From NCBI GenBank assembly GCA_964016885.1, contig OZ024740.1, forward strand, positions 427,304,001 to 427,368,000: a DNA stretch of 64,000 bases, given 5' to 3'. Source of the DNA: Eledone cirrhosa. Its lineage: Eukaryota. Position numbers and translations under genes: made by a program. A model generated the notes under the pieces. That model saw only the letters and a list, made by a program, of their open reading frames with translations. It was not told where the DNA came from and ran no database searches. Shown here in pieces: positions 12,501-27,500 of this stretch (positions within the stretch are counted from its first letter, which is position 1; each line of letters begins with the position of its first letter).

Positions 12501-15500
12501 GTGGAGGTTACAGTGGGGAGGAAGGTTGGTGGGTACTAGGATGGAGGTTACACTGGGGAGGAAGGTTGGTCGGTAGTGAGACTGAGGCTACATTGGGGAG
12601 GAAGGTTGGTGCGGAGTGTGATGGGGGTTAGAGTGGGGCGACAGAGAGGTGGGTAGTGGGATGGAGGTTACATTAGGGAGAAATATTGGGGGGTAGTGTG
12701 ATTGAGGTTACAGTTGGGAGAAAGGTTGGTGGGTAGTGGGATGGAGGTTAGAGTGGGGCAAAAGGTTGGTGGGTAGTGGGATGGAGATTACAGTGGGGAG
12801 AAAGTTTGGTGGGTAGTGGGATGGAGGTTACAGTGGGGAGAAAGGTTGGTGGGTAGTGGGATGGAGGTTACAGTGGGGAGAAAGTTTAGTGGGTAGTGGT
12901 ATGGAGGTTAGAGTGGGGCTAAAGGAGGTGGGTAGTGGAATGGAGGTTAAAGTGGGGAGAAAGTTTGGTAGGACGTGGGATGGAGGTTACAGTGGGGAGA
13001 AAGGTTGGTGGGTAGTGGGATGGAGGTTAGAGTGGGGAGAAAGGTTGGTGGGTAGCGGGATGGAGGTTACAGTGGCGAGGAAGGTTGGTGGGTAGTTGGA
13101 TGGGTGTTTCAGTGAGGAGGAAGGTTGGTGTATAGTGGGATGGATGTTACACTAGGGAGGAGGGTTGGTGGGTAGTGTATGGAGGTTACAGTGGGGAGGA
13201 AGGTTGGTGGGTACTAGGATGGAGGTTACACTGGGGAGGGAGGTTGGTCGGTAGTGGGATGGAGGCTACATTGGGGAGGAAGGTTGGTGCGGAGTGTGAT
13301 GGTGGTTAGAGTGGGGCGACAGAGAGGTGGGTAGTGGGATGGAGGTTACATTCCGAAGAAACTTTGGCGGGTAGTGTGATTGAGGTTACAGTTGGGAGAA
13401 ATGTTGGTAGGTAGTGGGATGGAGGTTAGAGTGGGACGAAAGGTTGGTGGGTAGTGTGATTGAGGTTAGAGTGGGGAGAAAGGTTGGTGGGTAGTGGGAT
13501 GGAGGTTACAGTGGGGAGAAAGTTTGGTGGGTAGTGGGATGGAGGTTAGAGTGGGGCTAAAGGAGGTGGGTAGTGGAATGGAGGTTAAAGTGGGGAGAAA
13601 GTTTGGTAGGACGTGGGATGGAGGTTACAGTGGGGAGAAAGGTTGGTGGGTAGTGGGATGGAGGTTACAGTGGGGAGGAAGGTTGGTGGGTAGTGGAATG
13701 GGGGTTACACTGGGGAGGAAGGTTGGTGGGTAGTGGGAAGGAGGCTACATTGGGGAGAAAGGTTGGTGGGTAGTGGGATGCAGGTTAAACTGGGGAGGAA
13801 GTTTGGTGGGTATGGGATGGAGTTTAGAGTAGGGAGAAAGGTTGGTGGGTAGTGGGATGGAGGTTAGAGTGGGTCGAAAGGTTGGTGGGTAGTGGGAGGG
13901 AGGTTACAGTGGGGAAGAAGGTTGGTGGGTAGTGGGATGGAGGTTAGAGTGGGGCTAAAGGAGGTGGGTAGTGGAATGGAGGTTAAAGTGGGGAGAAAGT
14001 TTGGTAGGACGTGGGATGGAGGTTACAGTGGGGAGAAAGGTTGGTGGGTAGTGGGATGGAGGTTACAGTGGGGAGGAAGGTTGGTGGGTAGTGGAATGGG
14101 GGTTACACTGGGGAGGAAGGTTGGTGGGTAGTGGGAAGGAGGCTACATTGGGGAGAAAGGTTGGTGGGTAGTGGGATGCAGGTTAAACTGGGGAGGAAGT
14201 TTGGTGGGTATGGGATGGAGTTTAGAGTAGGGAGAAAGGTTGGTGGGTAGTGGGATGGAGGTTAGAGTGGGTCGAAAGGTTGGTGGGTAGTGGGAGGGAG
14301 GTTACAGTGGGGAAGAAGGTTGGTGGGTAGTGGGATGGAGGTTACACTGGGGAGTAAGGTTGGTGGGTATTGGGATGGAGTTTAGAGTGGGCAGAAAGTT
14401 TGGTGGGTAGTGGGATGGAGGTTTAAGTGGGGAGGAAGTTTGGTGGGTAGTGGGATGGAAGTTACAGTGGGGAGGAAAGTTGGTAGGTAGTGGAATGGGG
14501 CTTACACTGGGGAGGAAGAATGGTGGGTAGTGGAAGGAGGCTACATTGGGGAGAAAGTTTGGTGGATAGTGGGATGCAGGTTAAACTGGGGAGGAAGGTT
14601 GGTGGGTAGTGGGATGGAGTTTACAGTGGCGAGAAATGTTGGTGGGTAGTGGGATGGAGGTTAGAGTGGGGCAAAAGGTTGGTGGGTAGTGGATGGAGGT
14701 TATAGTGGGGCGAAAGTTTGGTGGGTAGTGGGTTCGAGGTTAGAGTGGGGCGAAAGGTTGGTGGGTAGTGGGATGGAGGTTAGAGTGAGGCGAAATATTG
14801 GTGGGTAGTGGGATGGAGGTTAGAGTGGGGAGTAAGTTTGGTGGGTAGTGGGATGGAGGTTACATTGGGGAGAAAGGTTGGTGGGAAGTTGGGTGGAGGT
14901 TACAGTGGGTAGAATGGTAGGTGGGTAGTGAGATAGAGGTTAGAGTGGGGCGAAAGGTTGGTGTGTAGTGGGATGGAGGTTACAGTGGGGAGAAATGTGG
15001 TGGGTAGTGGGATGGAGGTTACACTAGGGAGGAAGGTTGGTGGGTAGTGGGATGGAGATTATAGTGGTGGAGAATGTTGGTGGATAGTGGTATGGATGTT
15101 AGACCGGGGAGAAAGGTTTGTGGGTAGTGGGATGGAGGTTACAGTGGGGAGAAAGGTTGGTGGGTAGTGGGATGTAGGTTACAGTAGGGAGAAATGTTGG
15201 TGGGTAGTTGGATGGAGGTTACAGTGGGGAGAAAGGTTGGTGTGTAGTGGGATGGAGGTTACAGTTGGGAGGATATAAGGTGGGTAGTAGGATGGAGGTT
15301 AGAGTGGTGCGAATGTGAGGTGGGTAGTGGGATGGAGGGTACAGTGGGAGAAAGGTTAGTGGGGAGTGGGATAGAGGTTACAGTGGGGAGAAAGGTTGGT
15401 GGGTTGTGGGATGGAGGTTAGAGTGGGGCGAAAGAGAGGTGGGTAGTGGAATGGAGGTTACAGTAGGGAGAAAGGTTGGTGGGTACTAGGATGGAGGTTA

Positions 15501-18500
15501 CACTGGGGAGGAAGGTTGGTCGGTAGTGGGACGGAGGCTACATTGGGGAGGAAGGTTGGTGCGGAGTGTGATGGGGGTTAGAGTGGGGCGACAGAGATGT
15601 GGGTAGTGGGATGGAGGTTACATTAGGGAGAAAGGTTGGGGGGTAGTGTGTTTCAGGTTACAGTTGGGAGAAAGGTTGGTGGGTAGTGGGATGGAGGTTA
15701 GAGTGGGGCAAAAGGTTGGTTGGTAGTGGTATGGAGATTACAGTGGGGAGAAAGTTTGGTGGGTAGTGGGATGGAGGTTAGAGTGGGACGAAAGGTTGGT
15801 GGGTAGTGTGATTGAGGTTACAGTGCGGAGAAAGGTTGGTGGGTAGTGGGATGGAGGTTACAGTGGGGAGAAAGTTTGGTGGGTAGTGGTATGGAGGTTA
15901 GAGTGGGGCTAAAGGAGGTGGGTAGTGGAATGGAGGTTAAAGTGGGGAGAAAATTTGGTAGGATGTGGGATGGAGGTTACAGTGGGGAGAAAGGTTGGTG
16001 TGTAGTGGGATGGATGTTAGAGTGGGGCGAAATGTTGGTGGGTAGTGGGATGGAGGTTAGAGTAGGGAGAAAGGTTGGTGGGTAGCGGGATGGAGGTTAC
16101 AGTGGGGAGGAAGCTTGGTGGGTAGTTGGATGGGGGTTACAGTGAGGATGAAGGTTGGTGGGTAGTGGGATGGAGGTTAAAGTGGGGAGACATTTTGGTG
16201 GGTTGTGGGATGGAGGTTACAGTGGGCAGGAAGGTTGGTGGGTAGTGGGATGGAGGTTACACTGGGGAGGAAGGTTAGTGGGTAGTTGGATGGAGGTTAC
16301 AGTGGGGAGGAATGTGGGTGGGTAGTGGGATGGATGTTACAGTGGGGAGAAATAAAGGTGGGTAGCTGGATGGTGGTTACAGTGGGGAAGAAGGTTGGCG
16401 GGTATTGGGATTGAGATTACACTGGGGAGGAAGATTGGTGGGTATTGGGATGGAGGTTACAGTGGGGAGAAATCAGGGTGGGTAGCGGGATGGAGGTTAC
16501 AGTGGGGAGGATGGTTGGTGGGTAGTGGGATTTGGGTTAGAGTGGGGAGAAAGTTTGGTGGTTAGTGGGATGGAGGTTACAGTGTGGAGAAAGTTGGTGG
16601 GTAGTGGGATGGAGGTTACATTGGGGAGAAAGGTTGGTGGGCAGTGGGATGGAATTTAGAGCGGGGCGAAAGGTTGGGGGTAGTGGGATGGACGTTACAG
16701 TGGGGAGAAAGTTTGGTGGCTAGTGGGATGGAGGTTACAGTGGGGAGAAAGGTTGGTGTGTAGTGGGATGGAGGTTAGAGTGGGGCGAAAGGTTGGTGGG
16801 TAGTAGAATGTAGGTTACAGTGGGGAGAAAGGTTGGTGGGGAGTGGGATGGAGGTTACAGTGGGGGGGAAGGTTGGTGGGTAGTGGAATGGGGGTTACAC
16901 TGGGGAGGAAGGTTGGTGGGTAGTGGGAAGGAGGCTACATTGGGGAGAAAGGTTGGTGGGTAGTGGGATGCAGGTTAAACTGGGGAGGAAGGTTGGTGGG
17001 TATGGGATGGAGTTTAGAGTGGGGAGAAAGGTTGGTGGGTAGTCGGATGGAGGTTATAGTGGTAGTGGGATGCAGGTTAAACTGGGGAGGAAGGTTGGTG
17101 GGTATGGGATGGTGTTTAGAGTAGGGAGAAAGGTTGGTGGGTAGTGGGATGGAGGTTAGAGTGGGGCGAAAGTTTGGTGGGTAGTGGGAGGGAGGTTACA
17201 GTGGGGAAGAAGGTTGGTGGGTAGTGGGATGGAGGTTACACTGGGGAGGAAGGTTGGTGGGTATTGGGATGGAGGTTAGAGTCGGGAGAAAGCAGGGTGG
17301 GTAGCGGGATGGAGATTACAGTGGGGAGGAATGTTGTGGGTAGTGGGATTGGGGTTAAACTGGGGAGGAAGTTTGGTGGGTAGTGGGAAGGAGGCTACAT
17401 TGGGGAGAAAGGTTGGTGGGTAGTGGGATGCAGGTTAACCTGGGAGGAAGGTTGGTGGGTAGTGGGATGGAGTTTAGAGTGGGGCGAAAGAGAGGTGGGT
17501 AGTGGAATGGAGGTTAGAGTGGGGCGAAAGGTTGGTGGGTAGTGGGATGGAGGTTAGAGCGGGGAGTAAGTTTTTGTGGGTAGTGGGATGGAGGTTACAT
17601 TGGGGAGAAAGGTTGGTGGGTAGTTGGGTGGAGGTTACAGTGGGGAGAATGGTTGGTGGGTAGTGAGATAGAGGTTAGAGTGGGGGGAAAGGTTGGTGTG
17701 TAGTGGGATGGAGGTTACAGTGGGGAGAAAGGTGGTGGGTAGCGGGATGGAGGTTACAGTTGGGAGGAAGGTTGGTGGGTAGTGGGATGGAGATTATAGT
17801 GGGGGAGAATGCTGGTGGATAGTGGGATGGAGGTTAGACCGGGGAGAAAGGTTGGTGGGTAGTGGGATGGAGGTTACAGTGGGGAGAAAGGTTGGTGGGT
17901 AGTGGGATGTAGGTTACAGTAGGGAGAAATGTTGGTGGGTAGTTGGATGGAGGTTACAGTGGGGAGAAAGGTTGGTGTGTAGTGGGATGGAGGTTACAGT
18001 TGGGAGGATATAAGGTGGGTAGTGGGATGGAGGTTAGAGTGGTGCGAATGTGAGGTGGGTAGTGGGATGGAGGCTACAGTGGGAGAAATGTTAGTGGGGA
18101 GTGGGATAGAGGTAACAGTGGGGAGAAAGGTTGGTGGGTAGTGGGATGGAGGTTAGATTGGGGCGAAAGAGAGTTGGGTAGTGGAATGGAGGTTACAGTA
18201 GGGAGAAAGGTTGGTGGGTAGAGCGATGGGAGTTACAGTGGGGAGGAAGGTTGGTGGTTAGTGAGATGGAGTTTAGTGGGGAGAAAGGAGGGTGGGTAGC
18301 GGGATGGAGGTTACAGTGAGAAGGAAGTTTCGTGGGTAGTGAGATGGAGGTTAGACTTGGTAGCAAAGTTGGTGGGTAATGGTATGGAGGTTACACTGGG
18401 AGGAAGGTTGGTGGGTAGTGGGATGGAGGTTACACCAGGGGGGAAAGGTGGGTGGGTAGTGGAATTGGGGTTACTCTGGGGAGGAAGGTTGGTGGGTAGG

Positions 18501-21500
18501 GGATGGAGGTTACACTGGTGAGGAAGGTTGTGGGTAGTGGGATGGAGGTTACACTGGGGAGGAAGGTTGTTGGGTAGTGTGTGGAGGTTACAGTGGGGAG
18601 GAAGGTTGCTGGGTACTAGGATGGAGGTTACACTGGGGAGGAAGGTTGGTCGGTAGTGGGACGGAGGCTACATTGGGGAGGAAGGTTGGTGCGGAGTGTG
18701 ATGGGGGTTAGAGTGGGGCGACAGAGAGGTGGGTAGTGGGATGGAGGTTACATTAGGGAGAAAGGTTGGGGGGTAGTGTGATTGAGGTTACAGTTGGGAG
18801 AAAGGTTGGTGTGTAGTGGGATGGAGGTTAGAGTGGGGCAAAAGGTTGGTGGGTAGTGGGATGGAGATTACAGTGGGGAGAAGGTTTGGTGGGTAGTGGG
18901 ATGGAGGTTAGAGTGGGACGAAAGGTTGGTGGGTAGTGTGATTGAGGTTACAGTGGGGAGAAAGGTTGGTGGGTAGTGGGATGGAGGTTAAAGTGGGGAG
19001 AAACTTTGGTGGGTAGTGGTATGGAGGTTAGAGTGGGGCTAAAGGAGGTGGGTAGTGGAATGGAGGTTACAGTGGGGAGAAAGGTTGGTGGGTAGTGGGA
19101 TGGATGTTAGAGTGGGGCGAAAGGTTGGTGGGTAGTGGGAGGGAGGTTACAGTGGGGAAGAAGGTTGGTGGGTAGTGGGATGGAGGTTACACTGGGGAGG
19201 AAGGTTGGTGGGTATTGGGATGGAGGTTAGAGTGGGGAGAAAGGAGGGTGGGTAGCGGGATGGAGATTACAGTGGGGAGGAAGTTTGGTGGGTAGTGGGA
19301 TTGGGTTTAAACTGGGGAGGAAGTTTGGTGGGTAGTGGGAAGGAGGCTACATTGGGGAGGAAGGTTGGTGGGTAGTGGGATGCAGGTTAAACCGGGGAGG
19401 AAGGTTGGTGGGTAGTGGGATGGAGTTTAGAGTGGGCAGAAAGGTTGGTGGGTAGTGGGATGGAGGTTTAAGTGGGGAGGAAGTTTGGTGTGTAGTGGGA
19501 TGGAAGTTACAGTGGGGAGGAAAGTTGGTAGGTAGTGGAATGGGGCTTACACTGGGGAGGAAGGATGGTGGGTAGTGGAAGAAGGCTACATTGGGGAGAA
19601 AGTTTGGTGGATAGTGGGATGCAGGTTAAACTGGGGAGGAAGGTTGGTGGGTAGTGGGATGGAGTTTACAGTGGCGAGAAATGTTGGTGGGTAGTGGGAT
19701 GGAGGTTAGAGTGGGGCGAAAGGTTGGTGGGTAGTGGATGGAGGTTATAGTGGGGCGAAAGTTTGGTGGGTAGTGGGATCGAGGTTAGAGTGGGGCGAAA
19801 GGTTGGTGGGTAGTGGGATGGAGGTTAGAGTGGGGAGTAAGTTTGGTGGGTAGTGGGATGGAGGTTACATTGGGGAGAAAGGTTGGTGGGAAGTTGGGTG
19901 GAGGTTACAGTGGGTAGAATGGTAGGTGGGTAGTGAGATAGAGGTTAGAGTGGGGGAAAGGATGGTGTGTAGTGGGATGGAGGTTACAGTGGGGCGAAAG
20001 GTTGGTGGGTAGTGGGATTGAGATTACAGTGGGGAGAAAGTTTGGTGGGTAGTAGGATGGAGGTTACAGTGGGGAGAAATCAGGGTGGGTAGCGGGGGGA
20101 GGTTACAGTGGGGAGGATGGTTGGTGGGTAGTGGGATTGGGGTTAGAGTGGGGAGAAAGTTTGGTGGGTAGTGGGATGGACGTTACAGTGGGGAGAAAGT
20201 TTGGTGGCTAGTGGGATGGAGGTTACAGTGGGGAGAAAGGTTGGTGTGTAGTGGGATGGAGGTTAGAGTGGGGCGAAAGGTTGGTGGGTAGTGAGATAGA
20301 GGTTAGAGTGGGGGGAAAGGTTGGTGTGTAGTGGGATGGAGGTTACACCAGGGGGGAAAGGTGGGTGGGTAGTGGAATTGGGGTTACTCTGGGGAGGAAG
20401 GTTGGTGGGTAGGGGATGGAGGTTACACTGGTGAGGAAGGTTGGTGGGTAGTGGGATGGAGGTTACACTGGGGAGGAAGGTTGTTGGGTAGTGTGTGGAG
20501 GTTACAGTGGGGAGGAAGGTTGGTGGGTACTAGGATGGAGGTTACACTGGGGAGGAAGGTTGGTCGGTAGTGGGACGGAGGCTACATTGCTGAGGAAGGT
20601 TGGTGCGGAGTGTGATGGGGGTTAGAGTGGGGCGACAGAGAGGTGGGTAGTGGGATGGAGGTTACATTAGGGAGAAAGGTTGGGGTGTAGTGTGATTGAG
20701 GTTACAGTTGGGAGATAGGTTGGTGGGTAGTGGGATGGAGGTTAGAGTGGGGCAAAAGGTTGGTGGGTAGTGGGATGGAGATTACAGTGGGGAGAAAGTT
20801 TGGTGGGTAGTGGGATGGAGGTTAGAGTGGGACGAAAGGTTGGTGGGTAGTGTGATTGAGGTTACAGTGGGGAGAAAGGTTGGTGGGTAGTGGGATGGAG
20901 GTTACAGTGGGGAGAAAGTTTGGTGGGTAGTGGTATGGAGGTTACAGTGGGGCTAAAGGAGGTGGGTAGTGGAATGGAGGTTACAGTGGGGAGAAAGGTT
21001 GGTGGGTAGTGGGATGGAAGTTACAGAGTGGAGAAAGGTTGGTGGGTAGTGGGATGGATGTTAGAGTGGGGCGAAATGTTGGTGGGTAGTGGGATGGAGT
21101 TTAGAGTGGGGAGAAAGGTTGGTGGGTAGTGGGATGGAGGTTACAGTGGGGAGAAAGGTTGGTGGGTAGTCGGATGGAGTTTAGAGTGGGGAGAAAGGTT
21201 GGTGGGTAGTGGGATGGAGTTTAGAGTGGGGAGAAAGGTTGGTGGGTAGTGGGATGGAGTTTAGAGTGGGGAGAAAGGTTGGTGGGTAGTCGGATGGAGG
21301 TTATAGTGGTAGTGGGATGCAGGTTAAACTGGGGAGGAAGGTTGGTGGGTATGGGATGGTGTTTAGAGTAGGGAGAAAGTTTGGTGGGTAGTGGGATGGA
21401 GGTTAGAGTGGGGCGAAAGGTTGGTGGGTAGTGGGAGGGAGGTTACAGTGGGGAAGAAGGTTGGTGGGTAGTGGGATGGAGGTTACACTGGGGAGGAAGG

Positions 21501-24500
21501 TTGGTGGGTATTGGGATGGAGGTTAGAGTGGGGAGAAAGGAGGGTGGGTAGCGGGATGGAGATTACAGTGGGGAGGAATGTTGGTGGGTAGTGGAATTGG
21601 GGTTAAACTGGGGAGGAAGTTTGGTGGGTAGTGGGAAGGAGGCTACATTGGGGAGGAAGGTTGGTTGGTAGTGGGATGCAGGTTAAACCGGGGAGGAAGG
21701 TTGGTGGGTAGTGGGATGGAGTTTAGAGTGGGCAGAAAGGTTGGTGGGTAGTGTATGGAGGTTTAAGTGGGGAGGAAGTTTGGTGTGTAGTGGGATGGAA
21801 GTTACAGTGGGGAGGAAAGTTGGTAGGTAGTGGAATGGGGCTTACACTGGGGAGGAAGGATGGTGGGTAGTGGAAGAAGGCTACATTGGGGAGAAAGTTT
21901 GGTGGATAGTGGGATGCAGGTTAAACTGGGGAGGAAGGTTGGTGGGTAGTGGGATGGCGGTTACAGTGGGGAGGAAGGTTGGTGGGTAGTAGGATGGAGG
22001 TTACACTTGGGAGGAAGTTTGGGGGGTAGTGGGATGGAGGTTAGAGTGGGGAGGAAGTTTGCTGGGTAGTGTGATGGAAGTTACAGTGGGGAGACAGGTT
22101 GGTGGGTAATGGGATGGAGGTTACAGTGGGGAGGAAGGTTGGTGGATATGGGATGGAGGTTACAGTGGGGAGGAAGGTTGGTGGGTAGTGGGATGGAGGT
22201 TACACTGGGGAGGAAGGATGGTGGGTAGTGGGAAGTTGGTTACACTAGGGAGGAAGATTTGTGGGTAGTGGGATGGAGGTTACAGGGCGGAGGAAGGTTG
22301 GTGGGTAGTGGGATGGAGGTTACATTGAGGAGGAAGGATAGTGGGTAGTGGGAAGGAGTTTACACTGGGGAGGAAGGTTGGCGGGTAGTGGGATGGAGGT
22401 TAGAGTGGGGCGAAAATTTGGTGGGTAGTGGTATGGAGGTTAGAGTGGGGCGAAATGTTGGTGGGTAGTGGGATGGAGGTTAGAGTGGGGAGAAAGGTTG
22501 ATGGGTAGTGGGTAGTAGGTTACAGTGGGGAGAAATATTGGTGGGTAGTTGGATGGAGGTTAAAGTGGGGAGAAAGTTTGGTGTGTAGTGGGATGGAGGT
22601 TACACTGGGGAGGAAGTTTGGTGGGTAGTGGGATGGAGGTTACAGTGGGGAGGAAGGTAGGTGGGTAGTGGGATGGAGGTTACACTGTGGAGAAAGGTTG
22701 GTGGGTAGTCGGTTGGACGTTACACTGGGGAGAAAGGTTGGTGGGTAGTGGGATGGAGGTTAAACTGGGGAGGAAGGTTGGTGTGTAGTGGGATGGAGGT
22801 TAGAGTGGGGAGGAGGGTTGGTGGGTAGTGGGATGGAGGTAATATTGGGGAGAAAAGTTGGTGGGTAGAGAGATGGAGGTTACAGTGGGGAGGAAGTTTG
22901 GTGGGTAGTGGGATGGAGGTTACAATGGGGAGGAAGGTTGGTGGGTAGTGGGATGGAGGTTACAGTGGGGAGGAAGGATGGTGGATAGTGGGATTGAGGT
23001 TACATTGGAGAGAAAGGTTGGTGGGTAGTGGGAAGGAGGTTACAGTGGGGAGGAAGGTTGGTTGGTAGTGGGAGGGAGGTTACAGTGGGGAGATAAGTTG
23101 GTGGGTAGTGGGATGGAGGTTACACTGAGGAGGAAGATTGGTGGGTAGTGGGATGGAGGTTATTTTGGGTAGAAAAGTTGTTGTGTAGAGGGATGGAGGT
23201 TACAGTGGGGAGGAAGTTTGGTGGGCATGGAGGTTACAGTGGGGTGGTAGGTTGGTGGGTAGTGGGATGGAGGTTACATTGGGGAGAAGGTTGGTGGGTA
23301 GTGGGAAGGAGGTTACAGTGGGGAGGAAGGTTGGTGGGTAGTGGGATGGAGGTTACAGTGGGGAGAAAGGTTGGTGGGTAGTGGGATGGAGGTTACAGTG
23401 GGGAGGAAGGTTGGTGGGTAGTGGGATGGAGGTTACACTGGGGTGGAAGGTTGGTGGGTAGCGGAATGGGGGTTAGAGTGGGGAGAAAGGTTGGTGGGTA
23501 GTGTGATGGAGGTTATATTGGTGAGGAAGGATGGTGGGTAGTGGGAAGGAGGGTGCACTGGGGAGGAAGGTTGATGGGTAGTGGGATGGAGGTTACAGTG
23601 GGGAGGAAGGTTGGTGGGTAGTGGGATGGAGGTTTCATTGGGGAGGAAGGTTGGTGGGTAGTGGGATGGAGGTTACAATGGGGAGAAAGTTTGGTGGGTA
23701 GTGGGATGGAGATTACACTGAGGAGGAAGTTTGGTGGGTAGTGGGATAGAGTTTAGAGTGGGGCGAAAATTTGGTGGGTAGTGGAATGGAGGTTACAGTG
23801 GGAGAGAAGTTTGGTGGGTAGTGTGATGGGGGTTACACTGTGGAGAAAGGTTGGTGGGTAGTGTGATGGAGGTTACACTGGGGTGGAAGGTTGGTGGGTA
23901 GGGGAATGGGGGTTACAGTGGGGAGGAAGGTTTATGGGTAGTGGGATGTAGGTTACAGTGGGGAGACATTTAGGTGGGTAGTGGGATGGAGGTTAGAGTG
24001 GGGCGGAAGGAAGGTGGGTAGTGTGATGGAGATTACAGAGGGAGGGAAGTTTGGTGAGAAATGTTGGTGAGTAGTGTGACGGAGGTTAATCTGGGGTGGA
24101 AGGTTGGTGGGTAGCGGAATGGGGGTTAGAGTGGGGAGAAAGGTTGGTGGGTTATGGGAAGGAGGTTACAGTGGGGAGGAAGGATGGTGGGTAGGGGATG
24201 GAGGTTACATTGGGGAGAAAGGTTGGTGGCTAGTGGGATGGAGTTTACACTGGGTAGAAAGGTTGGTGGGTAGTGGGATGGAGGTTACAGTGGGGAGAAA
24301 GGTTGGTGGGTAGTGTGATGTAGGTTACACTGGGGAGGATGTTTGGTGGGTAGTGGGAAGGAGGTTACAGTGGGGAGGAAGGTTGGTGGGTAGTCGGAGG
24401 GAGGTTACACTGGGGAGGAAGTTACGTGGGTAGTGGGATGGAGGTTACAGTGGGGAGGAAGGTTGGTGGTTTTTAGGATGATGGAGGTTACACTGGGGAT

Positions 24501-27500
24501 GAAGGTTGGTGGGTAGTGGGATGGCGGTTAGAATGGGGAGGAAGGTTGGTGGGTAGTGGGATGGAGGTTACAGTGGGGAGAAACGTTGGTGGGTAGTGGG
24601 ATGGAGGTTACAGTGGGGAGGAAGGTTGGTGGGTAGTGGGATGGAGGTTACACTGGGGAGGAAGGATGGTGGGTAGTGGGAAGGAGGTTTTACTGGGGAG
24701 GAAGGTTGGTGGGTAGTGTGATGGAGGTTAAAGTTCGGGAGGAAGGTTGGTGGGTAGTGAGATGGAGGTTACATTGGGGAGGAAGGATGGTGGGTAGTGG
24801 GATGGAGGTTAGAGTAGGGCGAAATATTGGTGGGTAGTTGGATGGAGGTTACAGTGGGGAGAAAGGTTGGTGGGTAGTGGGATGGAGGTTACACTGGGGA
24901 GGAACGTTTGTGCGTAGTGGGATGGAGATTATAGTGGGGAAAACGGTTGGTGGGTAGTGGGATGGAAGTTACACTGTGGAGAAGGTTGGTGGGTAGTGGG
25001 ATGGAGGTTACACTGGGGAGGAAGGTTGGTGGGTAGTGGGATGGGGATTACACTGGAGAGAAAGGTTAGTGGGTAGTGTGATGTAGGTTATAGTGGGAGG
25101 GAAGTTTGGTGGATAGTGGGATTGGGGTTACACTGGGGAGAAAGGGTGGTGGGTAGTGTGATGGAGGTGACACTGGGGTGGAAGGTTGCTGGGTAGGGGA
25201 ATGGGGGTTAGAGTGTGGAGGAAGGTTGTTGGGTAGTGGGATCGAGGTTACATTCGGAAGAAAGGTTGGTGGATAATGGGATGGAAGTTACAGTGGGGAG
25301 GAAGGTTGGTGGGTAGTGGGATGGAGGTTAGAGTGGGGAGGAAGTTTGGTCGGTTGTGGGATGGAGGTTACAGTGGGGAGGAAGTTTGTTGGGTAGTGGG
25401 ATGGAGGTTACAGTGGGGAGGAAGGTTGGTGGGTAGTGGGATGGAGGTTACACTGGGGTGGAAGGTTGGTGGGTAATAGGATGGAGGTTAGAGTGGGGAG
25501 GAGGGTTGGAGGGTAGTGGGATGGAGGTTACAGTGGGGAGAAAGGTTGGTGGGTAGTGGGATGGAGGTTACAGTGGGGAGGAAGGTTGGTGGGTAGTGGG
25601 ATGGAGATTACAGTGGTGAGTAAGGTTGGTGGGTAGTGGGATGGAGGTTACATTGGGGAGAAAGCTTGTGGGTAGTGGGATGGAAGTTACAGTGGGGAGG
25701 AAGGTTGGTGGGTAGTGGAATCGAGGTTACAGTGGGGAGGAAGGTTGGTGGGTAGTGTGATGGAGGTTACAGTGGGGAGAAAGGTTGGTGGGTAGTGTGA
25801 TGGAGGTTATATTGGGGAGGAAGGATGGTGGGTAGTGGGAAGGAGGGTGCACTGGGGAGGAAGGTTGATGGGTAGTGGAATGGAGGTTACAGTGGGGAGG
25901 AAGGTTGGTGGGTAGTGGGATCGAGGTTACAGTGGGGAGGAAGGTTGGTGGGTAGTGGGATGGAGGTTACAGTGGGGAGAAAGGTTGGTGGGTAGTGTGA
26001 TGGAGGTTATATTGGGGAGGAAGGATGGTGGGTAGTGGGAAGGAGGGTGCACTGGGGAGGAAGGTTGATGGGTAGTGGAATGGAGGTTACAGTGGGGAGG
26101 AAGGTAGGTGGGTAGTGGGATGGAGGTTACACTGTGGAGAAAGGTTGGTGGGTAGTGGGATGGAGATTACAGTGGGGAGGAAGGATGGTGGGTAGTGGGA
26201 TGGAGGTAACATTGGGAAGAAGGTTGGTGGGTAGTGGGATGGAGGTTACAGTGGGGAGGAAGGTTGGTGGGTAGTGGGATGGAGATTACAGTGGGGAGGA
26301 AGGATGGTGGGTAGTGGGATGGAGGTAACATTGGGAAGAAGGTTGGTGGGTAGTGGGATGGAGGTTACAGTGGGGAGGAAGGTTGGTGGGTAGTGGGATG
26401 GAGATTACAGTGGGGAGGAAGGATGGTGGGTAGTGGGATGGAGGTAACATTGGGAAGAAGGTTGGTGGGTAGTGGGAAGGAGGTTACAGTGGGGAGGAAG
26501 GTTGGTGGGTAGTGGGATGGAGGTTACAGTGGGGAGAAAGGTTGGTGGGTAGTGTGATGGAGGTTATATTGGGGAGGAAGGATGGTGGGTAGTGGGAAGG
26601 AGGGTGCACTGGGGAGGAAGTTTGATGGGTAGTGGGATGGAGGTTACAGTGGGGAGGAAGGTTGGTGGGTAGTGGGATGGAGTTTAGAGTGGGGCGAAAA
26701 TTTGGTGGGTAGTGGAATGGAGGTTACAGTGGAAGAGAAGTTTGGTGGGTAGTGTGATGGGGGTTACACTGTGGAGAAAGGTTGGTGGGTACTGTGATGG
26801 AGGTTACACTGGGGTGGAAGGTTGGTGGGTAGTGGGATGGAGATTACACTGAGGAGGAAGTTTGGTGGGTATTGGGATGGAGGTTACAGTGGGGAGAAAG
26901 GTTGGTGGGTAGTAGGATGGAGTTTAGAGTGGGGCGAAAATTTGGTGGGTAGTGGAATGGAGGTTACAGTGGAAGAGAAGTTTGGTGGGTAGTGTGATGG
27001 GGGTTACACTGTGGAGAAAGGTTGGTGGGTACTGTGATGGAGGTTACACTGGGGTGGAAGGTTGGTGGGTAGGGGAATGGGGGTTACAGTGGGGAGGAAG
27101 CTTTATGGGTAGTGGGATGTAGGTTACAGTGGGGAGACATTTAGGTGGGTAGTGGAATGGAGGTTAGAGTGGGGCGGAAGGAAGGTGGGTAGTGTGATGG
27201 AGGTTACAGAGGGAGGGAAGTTTGGTGAGAAAGGTTGGTGAGTAGTGTGATGGAGGTTAATCTGGGGTGGAAGGTTGGTGGGTAGCGGAATGGGGGTTAG
27301 AGTGGGGAGAAAGGTTGGTGGGTTATTGGAAGGAGGTTACAGTGGGGAGGAAGGGTCGTGGGTAGGGGATGGAGGTTACATTGGGGAGAAAGGTTGGTGG
27401 GTAGTGGGATGGAGGTTACAGTGGGGAGAAAGGTTGGTGGGTAGTGTGATGTAGGTTACACTGGGGAGGATGTTTGGTGGGTAGTGGGATGGAGGTTACA